From IMG/VR virus record IMGVR_UViG_3300008453_000627: a stretch of DNA of 64,000 bases; one strand, 5' to 3'. Below are positions 36,639-44,132 of the stretch, piece by piece. Each line of letters begins with the position of its first letter. Within the stretch, counting starts at the first letter, position 1. The notes under the pieces were generated by a model. That model saw only the letters and a program-made list of their open reading frames with translations. It ran no database searches and was not told the DNA's origin. A program made the translations under genes and the position numbers. The DNA comes from a virus.

Positions 36639-36854
36639 ATGCATGACTTTAATCTACTAGCACACTTTCGATATCCTACACACTTTGCCTATGTATTTCA
36701 GCATGAACTATCAGGTCAAATACACTGTTTAAAATACAATCAGCGATCAATAGACTGGACCTACTATGCATATGAGCAGTGGGATCAATGTAAAGAATAT
36801 ATGATCGAGGCATTACCCCAGGGAGTTTGGGGATTTACTCCTGATTCAGAATAA
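36639..36854 (+). CDS. hypothetical protein
   Basis: 71 aa; GGGAGA SD; first + strand ORF after the strand switch. Confidence 0.45.
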   Translation: MHDFNLLAHFRYPTHFAYVFQHELSGQIHCLKYNQRSIDWTYYAYEQWDQCKEYMIEALPQGVWGFTPDSE

Positions 36855-36858
36855 AAAG

Positions 36859-36904
36859 TTATTCACAAAGTTATACACAATAGCTGTTGATAACCTGTGG
36901 ATAA
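36859..36904. promoter_or_regulatory. second DnaA-box-like cluster (convergent TTATTCACA, TTATACACA / TGTTGATAA, TGTGGATAA)
   Basis: boxes at 36859-36867, 36871-36879 (forward) and 36885-36893, 36896-36904 (reverse). Confidence 0.4.
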
Positions 36905-37178
36905 CTTTCTGAGATTTCAGCAGGGGTCAGCCAGCCATTGTGGTAATACTTTTGTGTTAAGGTAAAACCTTTCGCGCACCCTCGCCGTCCATCCCGCTTT
37001 ATAGTGCTTCGAACCTTTCTTGTTCAGCTGTGCTGTTTTCTTATTATGCATTAATTATAGCACCGTTTGGCTCAACCGTCAACCGGTAACCCTATAACCC
37101 TTAAGGGCTTTGGGTCTTTGATTGCGCTGTGAGCCAAAAGACAGTACAATATACACTTAAACAGCAAAAAGGAACACA

Positions 37179-37430
37179 ATGCAAAACGTATACACTGCAA
37201 ACACTGCAAAAGCTAAACTTGTGTTTAACAAACAAAAAGAAACGTATACTATTGTTATAGCTTTTAACGTTACAGAAACTAACGCAAACGGCAAACTAAA
37301 GTTTCCGCCTCGTGCTAAATGCGACTTTGTTAGCGGAGAATTTGTATACGAAAGTTTGCAAGCAGACAAAGAACGTATACTTTCAGTTGCACACAAGCAA
37401 CTGCGTACAGATTTAATAGAATTTGTTTAA
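37179..37430 (+). CDS. hypothetical early protein
   Basis: 83 aa; promoter-like TTGATT…TACAAT upstream; terminator hairpin downstream. Confidence 0.5.
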   Translation: MQNVYTANTAKAKLVFNKQKETYTIVIAFNVTETNANGKLKFPPRAKCDFVSGEFVYESLQADKERILSVAHKQLRTDLIEFV

Positions 37431-37435
37431 TTTAA

Positions 37436-37460
37436 CCCTACAGCCTGTAAGGGCTTTTTA
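37436..37460 (+). terminator. rho-independent terminator
   Basis: CCCTACAGcctGTAAGGG hairpin followed by CTTTTTAT. Confidence 0.5.
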
Positions 37461-37468
37461 TAGCGCAT

Positions 37469-37497
37469 TTGACACTGTAGCCAAAATGCGTTATAAT
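37469..37497 (+). promoter_or_regulatory. early promoter cassette (TTGACA-N17-TATAAT)
   Basis: ttgacactgtagccaaaatgcgttataat. Confidence 0.55.
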
Positions 37498-37520
37498 AAG
37501 TTTTTAACAAGGAGCACAGT

Positions 37521-37673
37521 ATGCAAGACGCTATTAGCACAAAAGATAAACTAACTAGTTTAATGTTGCAAATGCAAGACATTATTATGCAAGATTATGA
37601 GGATAATGTGGATATACAAGATGCATTTAATGCATTAGCAAGTGCTTTTGATTATTATATAGATGAAGAATAA
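37521..37673 (+). CDS. small acidic protein (50 aa)
   Basis: MQDAISTKDKLTSLMLQMQDIIMQDYEDN…; AAGGAG SD; below the ORF-track cutoff. Confidence 0.4.
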   Translation: MQDAISTKDKLTSLMLQMQDIIMQDYEDNVDIQDAFNALASAFDYYIDEE

Positions 37674-37691
37674 TATTATATAATAACAAAG

Positions 37692-37714
37692 ACCCTGCGA
37701 TGTGTAGGGTCTTT
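37692..37714 (+). terminator. terminator-like hairpin
   Basis: ACCCTgcgatgtgtAGGGT then TCTTT. Confidence 0.4.
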
Positions 37715-37716
37715 AG

Positions 37717-37745
37717 TTGACAAGCTAGCCAAAAGGCGCTATAAT
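37717..37745 (+). promoter_or_regulatory. early promoter cassette
   Basis: ttgacaagctagccaaaaggcgctataat. Confidence 0.55.
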
Positions 37746-37775
37746 AGAAGCTTAAACAGTAACAAGGAGCTGATC

Positions 37776-38036
37776 ATGGCAAAAGGACTTTTTCAATTCA
37801 TCGGTGTGTCGCGTCATCCCAATGGTGAAGTGGCGGTTCGTTACGCTAACGATGCAGGTCGTGTGCGTGTGCTGGCTCGCAATGGTCACACTGACATTGA
37901 GTTTATCGAGCTTGAGCGAGCAGAACATGTTGAAGAAGCAATGTCTGCACTGATGGACTTTGTTGAAGACAACGAGCGTATCGATCTGTTGGATGTAGTG
38001 TTCAACGAAGCAGAACGTGTTGGCTTTACTTTTTAA
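37776..38036 (+). CDS. hypothetical protein, paralogue of 44133..44507
   Basis: FIGVSRHPNGEVAVRYANDAGRVRVLARNGHTDIEFIEL vs VVGTSKLNGEMKVRFANDVMRVKVLAKHGHTDINLIEL. Confidence 0.55.
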   Translation: MAKGLFQFIGVSRHPNGEVAVRYANDAGRVRVLARNGHTDIEFIELERAEHVEEAMSALMDFVEDNERIDLLDVVFNEAERVGFTF

Positions 38037-38045
38037 GGAGACTGT

Positions 38046-38396
38046 ATGCGATACTATGACGAGATTGGCTCTTTTGAGCGGGACGGGTTCTTTATCATCG
38101 TAGACAAGAGCTATGAGGACATTGATCCCTGGGACCAGCTTTCAGAGTGTTTTGATGACAGAAAGCAACTGTACGCAGACATTGAGCGTGGCAAGTACGA
38201 TTGGTTCATGTTGCGTGTTCGTGCTATGCTAGACGGGCACGAGCTGGGCTGCTCTTACTTGGGCGGTTGCTTGTACGAAGACGCTCGCGAAGTGCTGACA
38301 GATGGCACTGTTGAAGATCAGCTGATCGAAGTGTTGTTCGAAGCTCGCCAAGAAGTTAAACGATTACGGGAGAAGTTTGATGCGATTGCCCTTTAA
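38046..38396 (+). CDS. hypothetical acidic protein
   Basis: 116 aa, coupled to upstream gene. Confidence 0.5.
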   Translation: MRYYDEIGSFERDGFFIIVDKSYEDIDPWDQLSECFDDRKQLYADIERGKYDWFMLRVRAMLDGHELGCSYLGGCLYEDAREVLTDGTVEDQLIEVLFEARQEVKRLREKFDAIAL

Positions 38397-38613
38397 TGAA
38401 GTACTACAGTGGGCAGGCACTGCCTGCTTCATGGTTATGTATACAACTATGAGCTTCTTCAAAGAACTGCATACACTGCAATTAATTGCCGGATGCATGG
38501 GCGGAGCACTGTTTTTGGTGTGGTCGTTGCGTGTTGCAAATAAACAACAGACCATTGTTAACGTTACCGGAGTAACCATTACGCTCATAGGGTTATATAA
38601 AGCACTTGGTTGA
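38377..38613 (+). CDS. small membrane protein
   Basis: 78 aa, two hydrophobic segments, overlapping start. Confidence 0.45.
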   Translation: MMRLPFNEVLQWAGTACFMVMYTTMSFFKELHTLQLIAGCMGGALFLVWSLRVANKQQTIVNVTGVTITLIGLYKALG

Positions 38614-38638
38614 CACCCTAGCCAAAAGGTCGTATAAT
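38610..38638 (+). promoter_or_regulatory. early promoter cassette
   Basis: ttgacaccctagccaaaaggtcgtataat + acatacatagacaacaaaggagc leader. Confidence 0.55.
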
Positions 38639-38665
38639 ACATACATAGACAACAAAGGAGCTGAT

Positions 38666-38899
38666 ATGCGCGATTACACTGTGAAGCTGTTGGAAATGAT
38701 GGACGAGGGCTTGATCTCTGCAGAAGCTGTGGCAGAGATGGCTTTGGCCTACATGAGCGAAGATGACGTCAAAGACATGGTGCGAAGCAACGATCTTATG
38801 CCTTGGATGGAAAACGACGAAGAGGATGAAGACGAAGAGGAAGAGTGGACTCCGGACAATGCGGACTTCAACGATCCAGGTTCACGCCATCACTATTAA
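38666..38899 (+). CDS. hypothetical acidic protein
   Basis: ORF-track start 38606 is a TTG inside the promoter; the first ATG after the SD is 38666 (MRDYTVKLL…). Confidence 0.5.
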   Translation: MRDYTVKLLEMMDEGLISAEAVAEMALAYMSEDDVKDMVRSNDLMPWMENDEEDEDEEEEWTPDNADFNDPGSRHHY

Positions 38900-38908
38900 G
38901 GAGCGACT

Positions 38909-39190
38909 ATGAAACAAGACTACACACTGTATATCTACAAGGCAGACAAGCGGTGTAAGGCAGGTGAGCGCCTGTTCTCTACAACTGTTTGGACTGGCAC
39001 TGACGACAACGGTATGCGCCGAACTGTGGCAGAGCTGTTTGATCTCTATCCGCCCAGCAAGGGTTGGCGCTTTGATTGGACTCCCAGCATGAAGACTGTT
39101 CGCAACTTAATGTCGGGCAAAGAGATCCAGATCCCGCATGACACACCTCGTTCATGCGATCCTTCAAGCGAACTCTATTGGACCATGTGA
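38909..39190 (+). CDS. hypothetical protein
   Basis: 93 aa, AAGGAG SD. Confidence 0.5.
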   Translation: MKQDYTLYIYKADKRCKAGERLFSTTVWTGTDDNGMRRTVAELFDLYPPSKGWRFDWTPSMKTVRNLMSGKEIQIPHDTPRSCDPSSELYWTM

Positions 39191-39354
39191 TGAAGAACGA
39201 GATTGAAAGATTGAACTTTGTCATCTGGGCTAAGGATCGTTTCCCGGGCTTTACTACAGATTCTAAGCAATACGCCAAAGCCAATCGGGCCTGGCGGGCT
39301 GTGGCTCGTAAAGACCCTATGGTTGACAAGGTTATCAAAACCTGCTATAATTAA
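39190..39354 (+). CDS. hypothetical protein (54 aa)
   Basis: ATGA-type overlap at 39190 (MKNEIERLNF…); track start 39154 overlaps previous gene. Confidence 0.4.
   Translation: MKNEIERLNFVIWAKDRFPGFTTDSKQYAKANRAWRAVARKDPMVDKVIKTCYN
39323..39351 (+). promoter_or_regulatory. early promoter cassette embedded in the 3' end of the preceding ORF
   Basis: ttgacaaggttatcaaaacctgctataat. Confidence 0.5.
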
Positions 39355-39381
39355 GGCTTAAACAGTAACAAGGAGCGATAG

Positions 39382-39648
39382 ATGAAAGCACTACAAGAGT
39401 TCATTGCACAGAAGAATCACTGGAACAGCTTCTTCAACGGCGAGCAGTATGAGATTCGCACTGCCAAAGGTCGTCAGCGTGTCGCAGACATGATTGATGC
39501 GGCCCTTAGTCCTGAGAACTTGACCTGCGATGGGGAACTTCCTCGCGCAGAGGTCAATCGGAGATATAAGGAGCTGATGACTGCGGCCAAGCAGTTGAAG
39601 AAGCTGGACCCTGCCGTTACATTCTACGAATACGAAACGGAGATCTAA
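39382..39648 (+). CDS. hypothetical protein
   Basis: 88 aa. Confidence 0.5.
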   Translation: MKALQEFIAQKNHWNSFFNGEQYEIRTAKGRQRVADMIDAALSPENLTCDGELPRAEVNRRYKELMTAAKQLKKLDPAVTFYEYETEI

Positions 39649-39649
39649 G

Positions 39650-39856
39650 ATGAAAGCCTATGTAACAACTATCCTCCGTCAGGAGTTGGAGGTGCCCGAA
39701 GGCACTACACGAGAAGAGATCTATGACTTCTTTGGCGAGTTCCAATCGTTTAGAACTGCGTTCCAAGGTGTTAGCGGCAATGGTATTACCATTGTTGACT
39801 TGATGGTCTTAGAGGAAGAAGTAACAGAACTTGGAGAGGAGAGCTTCGATGTCTAG
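39650..39856 (+). CDS. hypothetical acidic protein
   Basis: 68 aa. Confidence 0.5.
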   Translation: MKAYVTTILRQELEVPEGTTREEIYDFFGEFQSFRTAFQGVSGNGITIVDLMVLEEEVTELGEESFDV

Positions 39857-39992
39857 ACAAGAGCTTGTTGATCTTGTCTTGGAGCAGATTGCTCAAGACG
39901 TAAAGAACGCAGACTTTACAGCTATTGAAGAGCTGTTACACTTTGTGCCAGAGTCTAACCTTAAATCATACTTGTCAGAAGGACCATACTAA
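39849..39992 (+). CDS. small protein (47 aa)
   Basis: MSRQELVDLVLEQIAQDVKNADFTAIEELLHF…; overlaps both neighbours by coupled start/stops. Confidence 0.4.
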   Translation: MSRQELVDLVLEQIAQDVKNADFTAIEELLHFVPESNLKSYLSEGPY

Positions 39993-39993
39993 T

Positions 39994-40560
39994 ATGCCAA
40001 ACTGGTGTAACAACAGCGTAGAGATCTACCACGATGACCCTAAGATGATTGAGCGGGTGCGAACTGCGTTCAATGGTGAAGGCCTGCTACAAGAGTTCAT
40101 TCCTGTACCAGAAGACCTGCGTAATATCGTAGCAGGATCAGTTCCTGTTGCAGAAGAAGCAGAACACAAACTCAAAGAAGAGTTCAACCGTATCACATAT
40201 GGTTACACTAACTGGTATGACTTCTGTGTCAACGAGTGGGGCACTAAGTGGGAGATTGGTGCTGATGGTAACCCTGCACAGGACATCCCAGGCGGATTGC
40301 TATTGGGCTTTGAATCAGCTTGGGCTCCTCCTTGTGCAGCCTATGAGAAGCTGACAGCTATGGGTTTCCGTATTAAGGCTATGTATTTTGAGCCAGGTAT
40401 GGCATTTGCAGGCATTTGGGAAGACGGTTTCGATGACTACTACGAGTATGGTGGCATGGACTCTACTCAGATTGCCGAGGCGTTGCCTCCAGAGTTAGAC
40501 GAAGCATTTGGTATCTCAGAAGATGTAGCACAGTGGGAAGAAGAGAACAAGGAAGACTAA
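39994..40560 (+). CDS. hypothetical protein with MPNWC N-terminus (possibly DUF1281-like)
   Basis: start placed at ATG 39994 (TAATATG coupling), MPNWCNNSVEIYHDDPKMIERV…. Confidence 0.45.
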   Translation: MPNWCNNSVEIYHDDPKMIERVRTAFNGEGLLQEFIPVPEDLRNIVAGSVPVAEEAEHKLKEEFNRITYGYTNWYDFCVNEWGTKWEIGADGNPAQDIPGGLLLGFESAWAPPCAAYEKLTAMGFRIKAMYFEPGMAFAGIWEDGFDDYYEYGGMDSTQIAEALPPELDEAFGISEDVAQWEEENKED

Positions 40561-40576
40561 TACTTTTTGCTTACAA

Positions 40577-40607
40577 AAACCCGCCGATTGTGCGGGTTTC
40601 TCATTTG
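40577..40607 (+). terminator. rho-independent terminator
   Basis: AAACCCGCcgattgtGCGGGTTT then CTCATTT. Confidence 0.5.
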
Positions 40608-40616
40608 TGCTATAAT
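40588..40616 (+). promoter_or_regulatory. weak-35 promoter (TTGTGC-N17-TATAAT) overlapping the terminator
   Basis: tataat 40611-40616 + acatgcttacacaacgcaataggagc leader. Confidence 0.4.
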
Positions 40617-40646
40617 ACATGCTTACACAACGCAATAGGAGCAAAC

Positions 40647-40994
40647 ATGCAAGCAGTCATTTTTAACACAGCAGGGGACGGCTACTGGAGCCGCACTGCA
40701 AAAGCAGTAGAGATAGTTGACATGCGGATGGGCTATGTTAGCGACGACAAAGAGTTTGGAGAGCTGTGCGTGTATTTTAACACAGCAGATTGGGACGTTA
40801 ATGTAGACGGTCTCATTTATACAGACAGTGAGTTTTTACACGAGCTGAACGCATTTTTAGTTGAGCAGGGCTTGTGTGCTGTAACATATAGCGAGCAGGG
40901 TATGCAGGGCGACAACTATGTGTCGCTAGACGTTGAAGACGAGTTTATTGCACTGTGGGAAGCTAAGTTTAACACAGTACTGGAGGCAATGTAA
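40647..40994 (+). CDS. hypothetical protein
   Basis: start at ATG 40647 after SD (MQAVIFNTAGDGYW…); track start 40533 is upstream of the promoter. Confidence 0.5.
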   Translation: MQAVIFNTAGDGYWSRTAKAVEIVDMRMGYVSDDKEFGELCVYFNTADWDVNVDGLIYTDSEFLHELNAFLVEQGLCAVTYSEQGMQGDNYVSLDVEDEFIALWEAKFNTVLEAM

Positions 40995-41230
40995 TGATTA
41001 CAGCAGACAAGCTAGCCCTACTGACTAACATGCCTGCGGTGATGTTGACAACAGGCATACAGGCTGCAGGCTACAAGAAGGACAAGTTCACAAAGAGCAA
41101 GTTCCTGGGCATAACCAATGCCGGCCTGTTCTGCTACACTGCTACCTACATTGAAGACAATGCAGAGCAGGAGTGCAAAGTCTTTGTCAAGTATGACCCT
41201 ACAGCGGATAGGGTTTCGGTTGACTACTGA
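40994..41230 (+). CDS. hypothetical protein
   Basis: 78 aa, TAATG overlap. Confidence 0.5.
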   Translation: MITADKLALLTNMPAVMLTTGIQAAGYKKDKFTKSKFLGITNAGLFCYTATYIEDNAEQECKVFVKYDPTADRVSVDY

Positions 41231-41248
41231 GCCAAAAGGCCTTATAAT
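41220..41248 (+). promoter_or_regulatory. early promoter cassette
   Basis: ttgactactgagccaaaaggccttataat + acatacatcgacaacgcaattaggagc. Confidence 0.55.
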
Positions 41249-41281
41249 ACATACATCGACAACGCAATTAGGAGCGAAACT

Positions 41282-41551
41282 ATGCTAACAACTAAACAAG
41301 TCCGTGCTATTATCGCACAACATTCCACCAGCACCTACGGAGTGTACACAAACAAAACTAAATCCGACGCTTCAAATATTCGTCGTGTCAAGTGTTATTT
41401 CCGGGGTAATACTAAACTGCTAATCGCACTGCAAAAAGCAGCCGGCAAACAAAACGTTACACTTACAGAAGGTGGAGACAGTTACTACAGCGGCGGGCCG
41501 GGCATTATTGTTAAGTGCGTTTTAGAAGACGCTACAACTGCTCCTTTTTAA
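41282..41551 (+). CDS. hypothetical protein
   Basis: 89 aa. Confidence 0.5.
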   Translation: MLTTKQVRAIIAQHSTSTYGVYTNKTKSDASNIRRVKCYFRGNTKLLIALQKAAGKQNVTLTEGGDSYYSGGPGIIVKCVLEDATTAPF

Positions 41552-41562
41552 TAACCCTTCGG

Positions 41563-41591
41563 TTGACAGGGTTACCAAAAGACGCTATAAT
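41563..41591 (+). promoter_or_regulatory. early promoter cassette with -35 inside a stem-loop (AACCCTtcggttgacAGGGTT)
   Basis: ttgacagggttaccaaaagacgctataat. Confidence 0.55.
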
Positions 41592-41622
41592 ACATACATC
41601 AACAACGCACTAAGGAGCAAAG

Positions 41623-41889
41623 ATGAGCAACTATCCTAACATGAGTTACTGCATGAACGAGAACACACTGCTGGCGCTGAAGCAGGTGCTGGACGCTATG
41701 CAAGAGGAAGGCCCGCAGTTCCTGCGTGAGCTGTCGCGTGATGAGCGCCGTAGCTTTGAGGCACTGTTTAACATGTGCGAAGACTTTATGTCGCTGAGCG
41801 AGGAACTGCAAGCAGAGTACGAGCAAGAAGAGCGTGATGGCCAGCCCGACGAAGCGCAAGAGTGGGCAGACTTTGATCCGGAGTGCTAA
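41623..41889 (+). CDS. hypothetical acidic protein
   Basis: 88 aa. Confidence 0.5.
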   Translation: MSNYPNMSYCMNENTLLALKQVLDAMQEEGPQFLRELSRDERRSFEALFNMCEDFMSLSEELQAEYEQEERDGQPDEAQEWADFDPEC

Positions 41890-41900
41890 AGGGTTTTTGG

Positions 41901-41929
41901 TTGACGCATTAGCCAAAATGCGTTATAAT
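41901..41929 (+). promoter_or_regulatory. early promoter cassette
   Basis: ttgacgcattagccaaaatgcgttataat. Confidence 0.55.
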
Positions 41930-41954
41930 TAACACTTAACAACAAAGGAACAAA

Positions 41955-42140
41955 ATGAATAACGTGTACATTGTACAAGGTCTGGGCTTCGGAGACTACG
42001 AGAACTGTTTTTACAACTTGCAAGCATTTGCTACTAAAGCAGCCGCACTGAGCCACATTGCTGTTTTGCAAGCAGAGGACGAATCTAACGACAGCGGCCC
42101 GCAAGAGTACACTGTAGAGGAAGTGTTATTCACCCTGTAA
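41955..42140 (+). CDS. hypothetical protein
   Basis: 61 aa. Confidence 0.45.
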   Translation: MNNVYIVQGLGFGDYENCFYNLQAFATKAAALSHIAVLQAEDESNDSGPQEYTVEEVLFTL

Positions 42141-42154
42141 GCTGTAGGGTCTTT
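42132..42154 (+). terminator. terminator-like hairpin
   Basis: ACCCTgtaagctgtAGGGT then CTTT. Confidence 0.35.
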
Positions 42155-42156
42155 GG

Positions 42157-42185
42157 TTGACATAAGCGCCAAAAGGCCTTATAAT
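42157..42185 (+). promoter_or_regulatory. early promoter cassette
   Basis: ttgacataagcgccaaaaggccttataat. Confidence 0.55.
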
Positions 42186-42216
42186 ACATACATACTGAAA
42201 CACAAAGGAGCTTGAA

Positions 42217-42642
42217 ATGGGAACACGAAGCACTATCGCACTTGAATTTGCAGACGGCACAGTAGAGCAAGTCTACTGTCACTGGGACGGTTACTTGAGC
42301 AACAATGGACAGATCCTTGCTCGTTACTACATGGACCCGTTCAAAGTCAAAGAACTGCTGGCGCTGGGAGCGTTCTCTAGCTTAGAGGATACTGTTGAGG
42401 GAACTAAGACAGGCGCTTATCATCACTGGCGCGGTGAAGAGATTGTAATCAACAAATACAAGAACGCAGACGAATACTTTGACTGCTCACAGCAAGAAGA
42501 GTACGACTACATCCTGCGCAATGTCAACGGCAAAGCCGTTTGGTTCGTTCGTTATTACGAGTCAGAGAACACTTGGATGCCGTTGGAAGAGGCGTTTATC
42601 GACGAGCAAGATCGTATTGCACAAGAGGAGACAGAAGAATGA
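42217..42642 (+). CDS. hypothetical protein
   Basis: 141 aa. Confidence 0.5.
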   Translation: MGTRSTIALEFADGTVEQVYCHWDGYLSNNGQILARYYMDPFKVKELLALGAFSSLEDTVEGTKTGAYHHWRGEEIVINKYKNADEYFDCSQQEEYDYILRNVNGKAVWFVRYYESENTWMPLEEAFIDEQDRIAQEETEE

Positions 42643-42824
42643 GCGCGATTAAAGATTTGAGTTATGATATCCAAGAGATGTTCATTGACGGTGCGGATGC
42701 TACACATATCGCATTCATGTTGAAGGTTCCGTTGGATGAAGTTCAGAAGGTGTTGAATAGCTTTGGGGTTAGTGACGAGGATATTGTTGCAGACGAACCT
42801 TATAGTCCCTACAACGGAGCATAA
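42639..42824 (+). CDS. hypothetical protein (61 aa)
   Basis: ATGA overlap start (MSAIKDLSYDIQEMF…); track start 42540 overlaps upstream gene out of frame. Confidence 0.45.
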   Translation: MSAIKDLSYDIQEMFIDGADATHIAFMLKVPLDEVQKVLNSFGVSDEDIVADEPYSPYNGA

Positions 42825-42834
42825 ACCCTACAGG

Positions 42835-42863
42835 TTGACGGGTTTCTCCTTTGGTGTTATAAT
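42835..42863 (+). promoter_or_regulatory. early promoter cassette, -35 in stem-loop (AAACCCtacaggttgacGGGTTT)
   Basis: ttgacgggtttctcctttggtgttataat. Confidence 0.5.
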
Positions 42864-42887
42864 TGATACATGAAAAGGAGAAAAGCA

Positions 42888-43010
42888 ATGCAACTGACAA
42901 TACCCGTGCGTCGCCCAGTGTGTCGCACTCCTATTAAACCCAAACAGGCGCACAAGATAGCAACTCGTTATCAACGCAAGCCAAAGCATAAAGGACGCAC
43001 ACATGATTGA
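42888..43010 (+). CDS. small basic protein (40 aa)
   Basis: MQLTIPVRRPVCRTPIKPKQAHKIATRYQRKPKHKGRTHD; SD AAAAGGAG; overlaps next start. Confidence 0.35.
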   Translation: MQLTIPVRRPVCRTPIKPKQAHKIATRYQRKPKHKGRTHD

Positions 43011-43242
43011 GATTACAATCGAAGGACTGAATGCACGTCAACGTGCCCTGGCTGACATCATCTGGGCATGTGACAATCAAAAGCAGGTCAACGAGTTTAT
43101 TCGCAGCCTGCCTACGATTCGACTGCAAGACGAAGCAAAGACCATCGTAAGCCTTATGATTATGGCAACTGTAGAACAATGCTACGATGGCATAGGCGAT
43201 ATGCCCGAAGCACAACAACTGATCGATAAGGTCCTAAAATGA
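43003..43242 (+). CDS. hypothetical protein
   Basis: 79 aa. Confidence 0.5.
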   Translation: MIEITIEGLNARQRALADIIWACDNQKQVNEFIRSLPTIRLQDEAKTIVSLMIMATVEQCYDGIGDMPEAQQLIDKVLK

Positions 43243-43364
43243 AATCAACTATCTATTACAGCAAACGAAACTTCACTACAGATACTCTGCCCGAAGTTAC
43301 TAAGAGCAAACTGGTCTATGACTTTATTGCACTCTTAGCCGTTATGAAGGTTTGGGCACGGTGA
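43239..43364 (+). CDS. small protein (41 aa)
   Basis: MKSTIYYSKRNFTTDTLPEV…; ATGA overlap. Confidence 0.3.
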   Translation: MKSTIYYSKRNFTTDTLPEVTKSKLVYDFIALLAVMKVWAR

Positions 43365-43375
43365 GCCGCCTTGCA

Positions 43376-43618
43376 ATGTACGGCAGGCCCTATGTGATCT
43401 TTAATCCTGCTAATCAAGATCATAGGAAATGGTTTGCCAACTTTAATAAGACAGGTGCATGGGGTTCGTGTCCAGTTCGATTCGTAGTCAACGACGATCA
43501 CGGCGATTTGATCACTATGATCCAGCGCGAATTGATCCAATATTACGTGGACAAAGAGTTCTCTAAACCCAGTACTGTTGCAAAAAAACAACGGCAAAAA
43601 AGCCTAGTTTTTGGTTGA
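43376..43618 (+). CDS. hypothetical protein
   Basis: first ATG of ORF 43352..43618 (MYGRPYVIFNPANQDHRKW…); track start is TTG. Confidence 0.4.
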   Translation: MYGRPYVIFNPANQDHRKWFANFNKTGAWGSCPVRFVVNDDHGDLITMIQRELIQYYVDKEFSKPSTVAKKQRQKSLVFG

Positions 43619-43643
43619 CACTGGCGCCAAAAGGCGTTATAAT
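43615..43643 (+). promoter_or_regulatory. early promoter cassette
   Basis: ttgacactggcgccaaaaggcgttataat. Confidence 0.55.
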
Positions 43644-43675
43644 TGATACATCAACAACGCACTAAGGAGCACTAA

Positions 43676-44026
43676 ATGACAGCAGTAGCATTTGACGTAG
43701 AGGCAGTTCAGAACGCAACTAACGAAGCCGCAATGGCCGCTCGTACCGCAGTGAAACAAGCCTATGCCGCACTAGGTGGCGATCGTGGCCCTTGTGGCTT
43801 TGCTTGGGTTAACGTTTGGGGCGTCCGCTCTAACAGCAAGCTCGGCAACGCACTCAAGGCCGCAGGCTTCCGCAAGGACTACACGGGTGCATTGAGTCTG
43901 TGGAATCCAGGCAAAGCGGCTGCTCAAAGCATTGACATTCTGGAAGCAGGTGCCTATGCTTACGCAGAGGTTTTGAAAGAGAAGTTGGGTTTGGAGAAGG
44001 TCTACGCAGGTTCGCGTATGGATTGA
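43676..44026 (+). CDS. hypothetical protein
   Basis: 116 aa. Confidence 0.5.
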   Translation: MTAVAFDVEAVQNATNEAAMAARTAVKQAYAALGGDRGPCGFAWVNVWGVRSNSKLGNALKAAGFRKDYTGALSLWNPGKAAAQSIDILEAGAYAYAEVLKEKLGLEKVYAGSRMD

Positions 44027-44051
44027 TTTTGCCAAAAGGGGTTGACCGCAA

Positions 44052-44080
44052 CCCCGATTGGTGTTACAATAGAAACATGT
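44052..44080 (+). promoter_or_regulatory. promoter (TTGACC-N17-TACAAT) with long hairpin-containing leader
   Basis: ttgaccgcaaccccgattggtgttacaat; leader has ATGTCCaaaaGGACAT hairpin. Confidence 0.45.
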
Positions 44081-44132
44081 CCAAAAGGACATAAGGCAAT
44101 TAACTTAAATTAACTTGAAAAGGCAAAATAAA

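Noticed and set aside
38606-38665. ORF-track starts at 38606, 45415, 46693, 44115, 43352 (TTG/GTG codons translated as M)
   Set aside because: These starts lie inside the -35/-10 promoter cassettes (the 'MVDxxxxxYNTYID' peptides are just TTGGTTGACA…TATAATACATACATAGAC translated). The first ATG after the SD was used instead.
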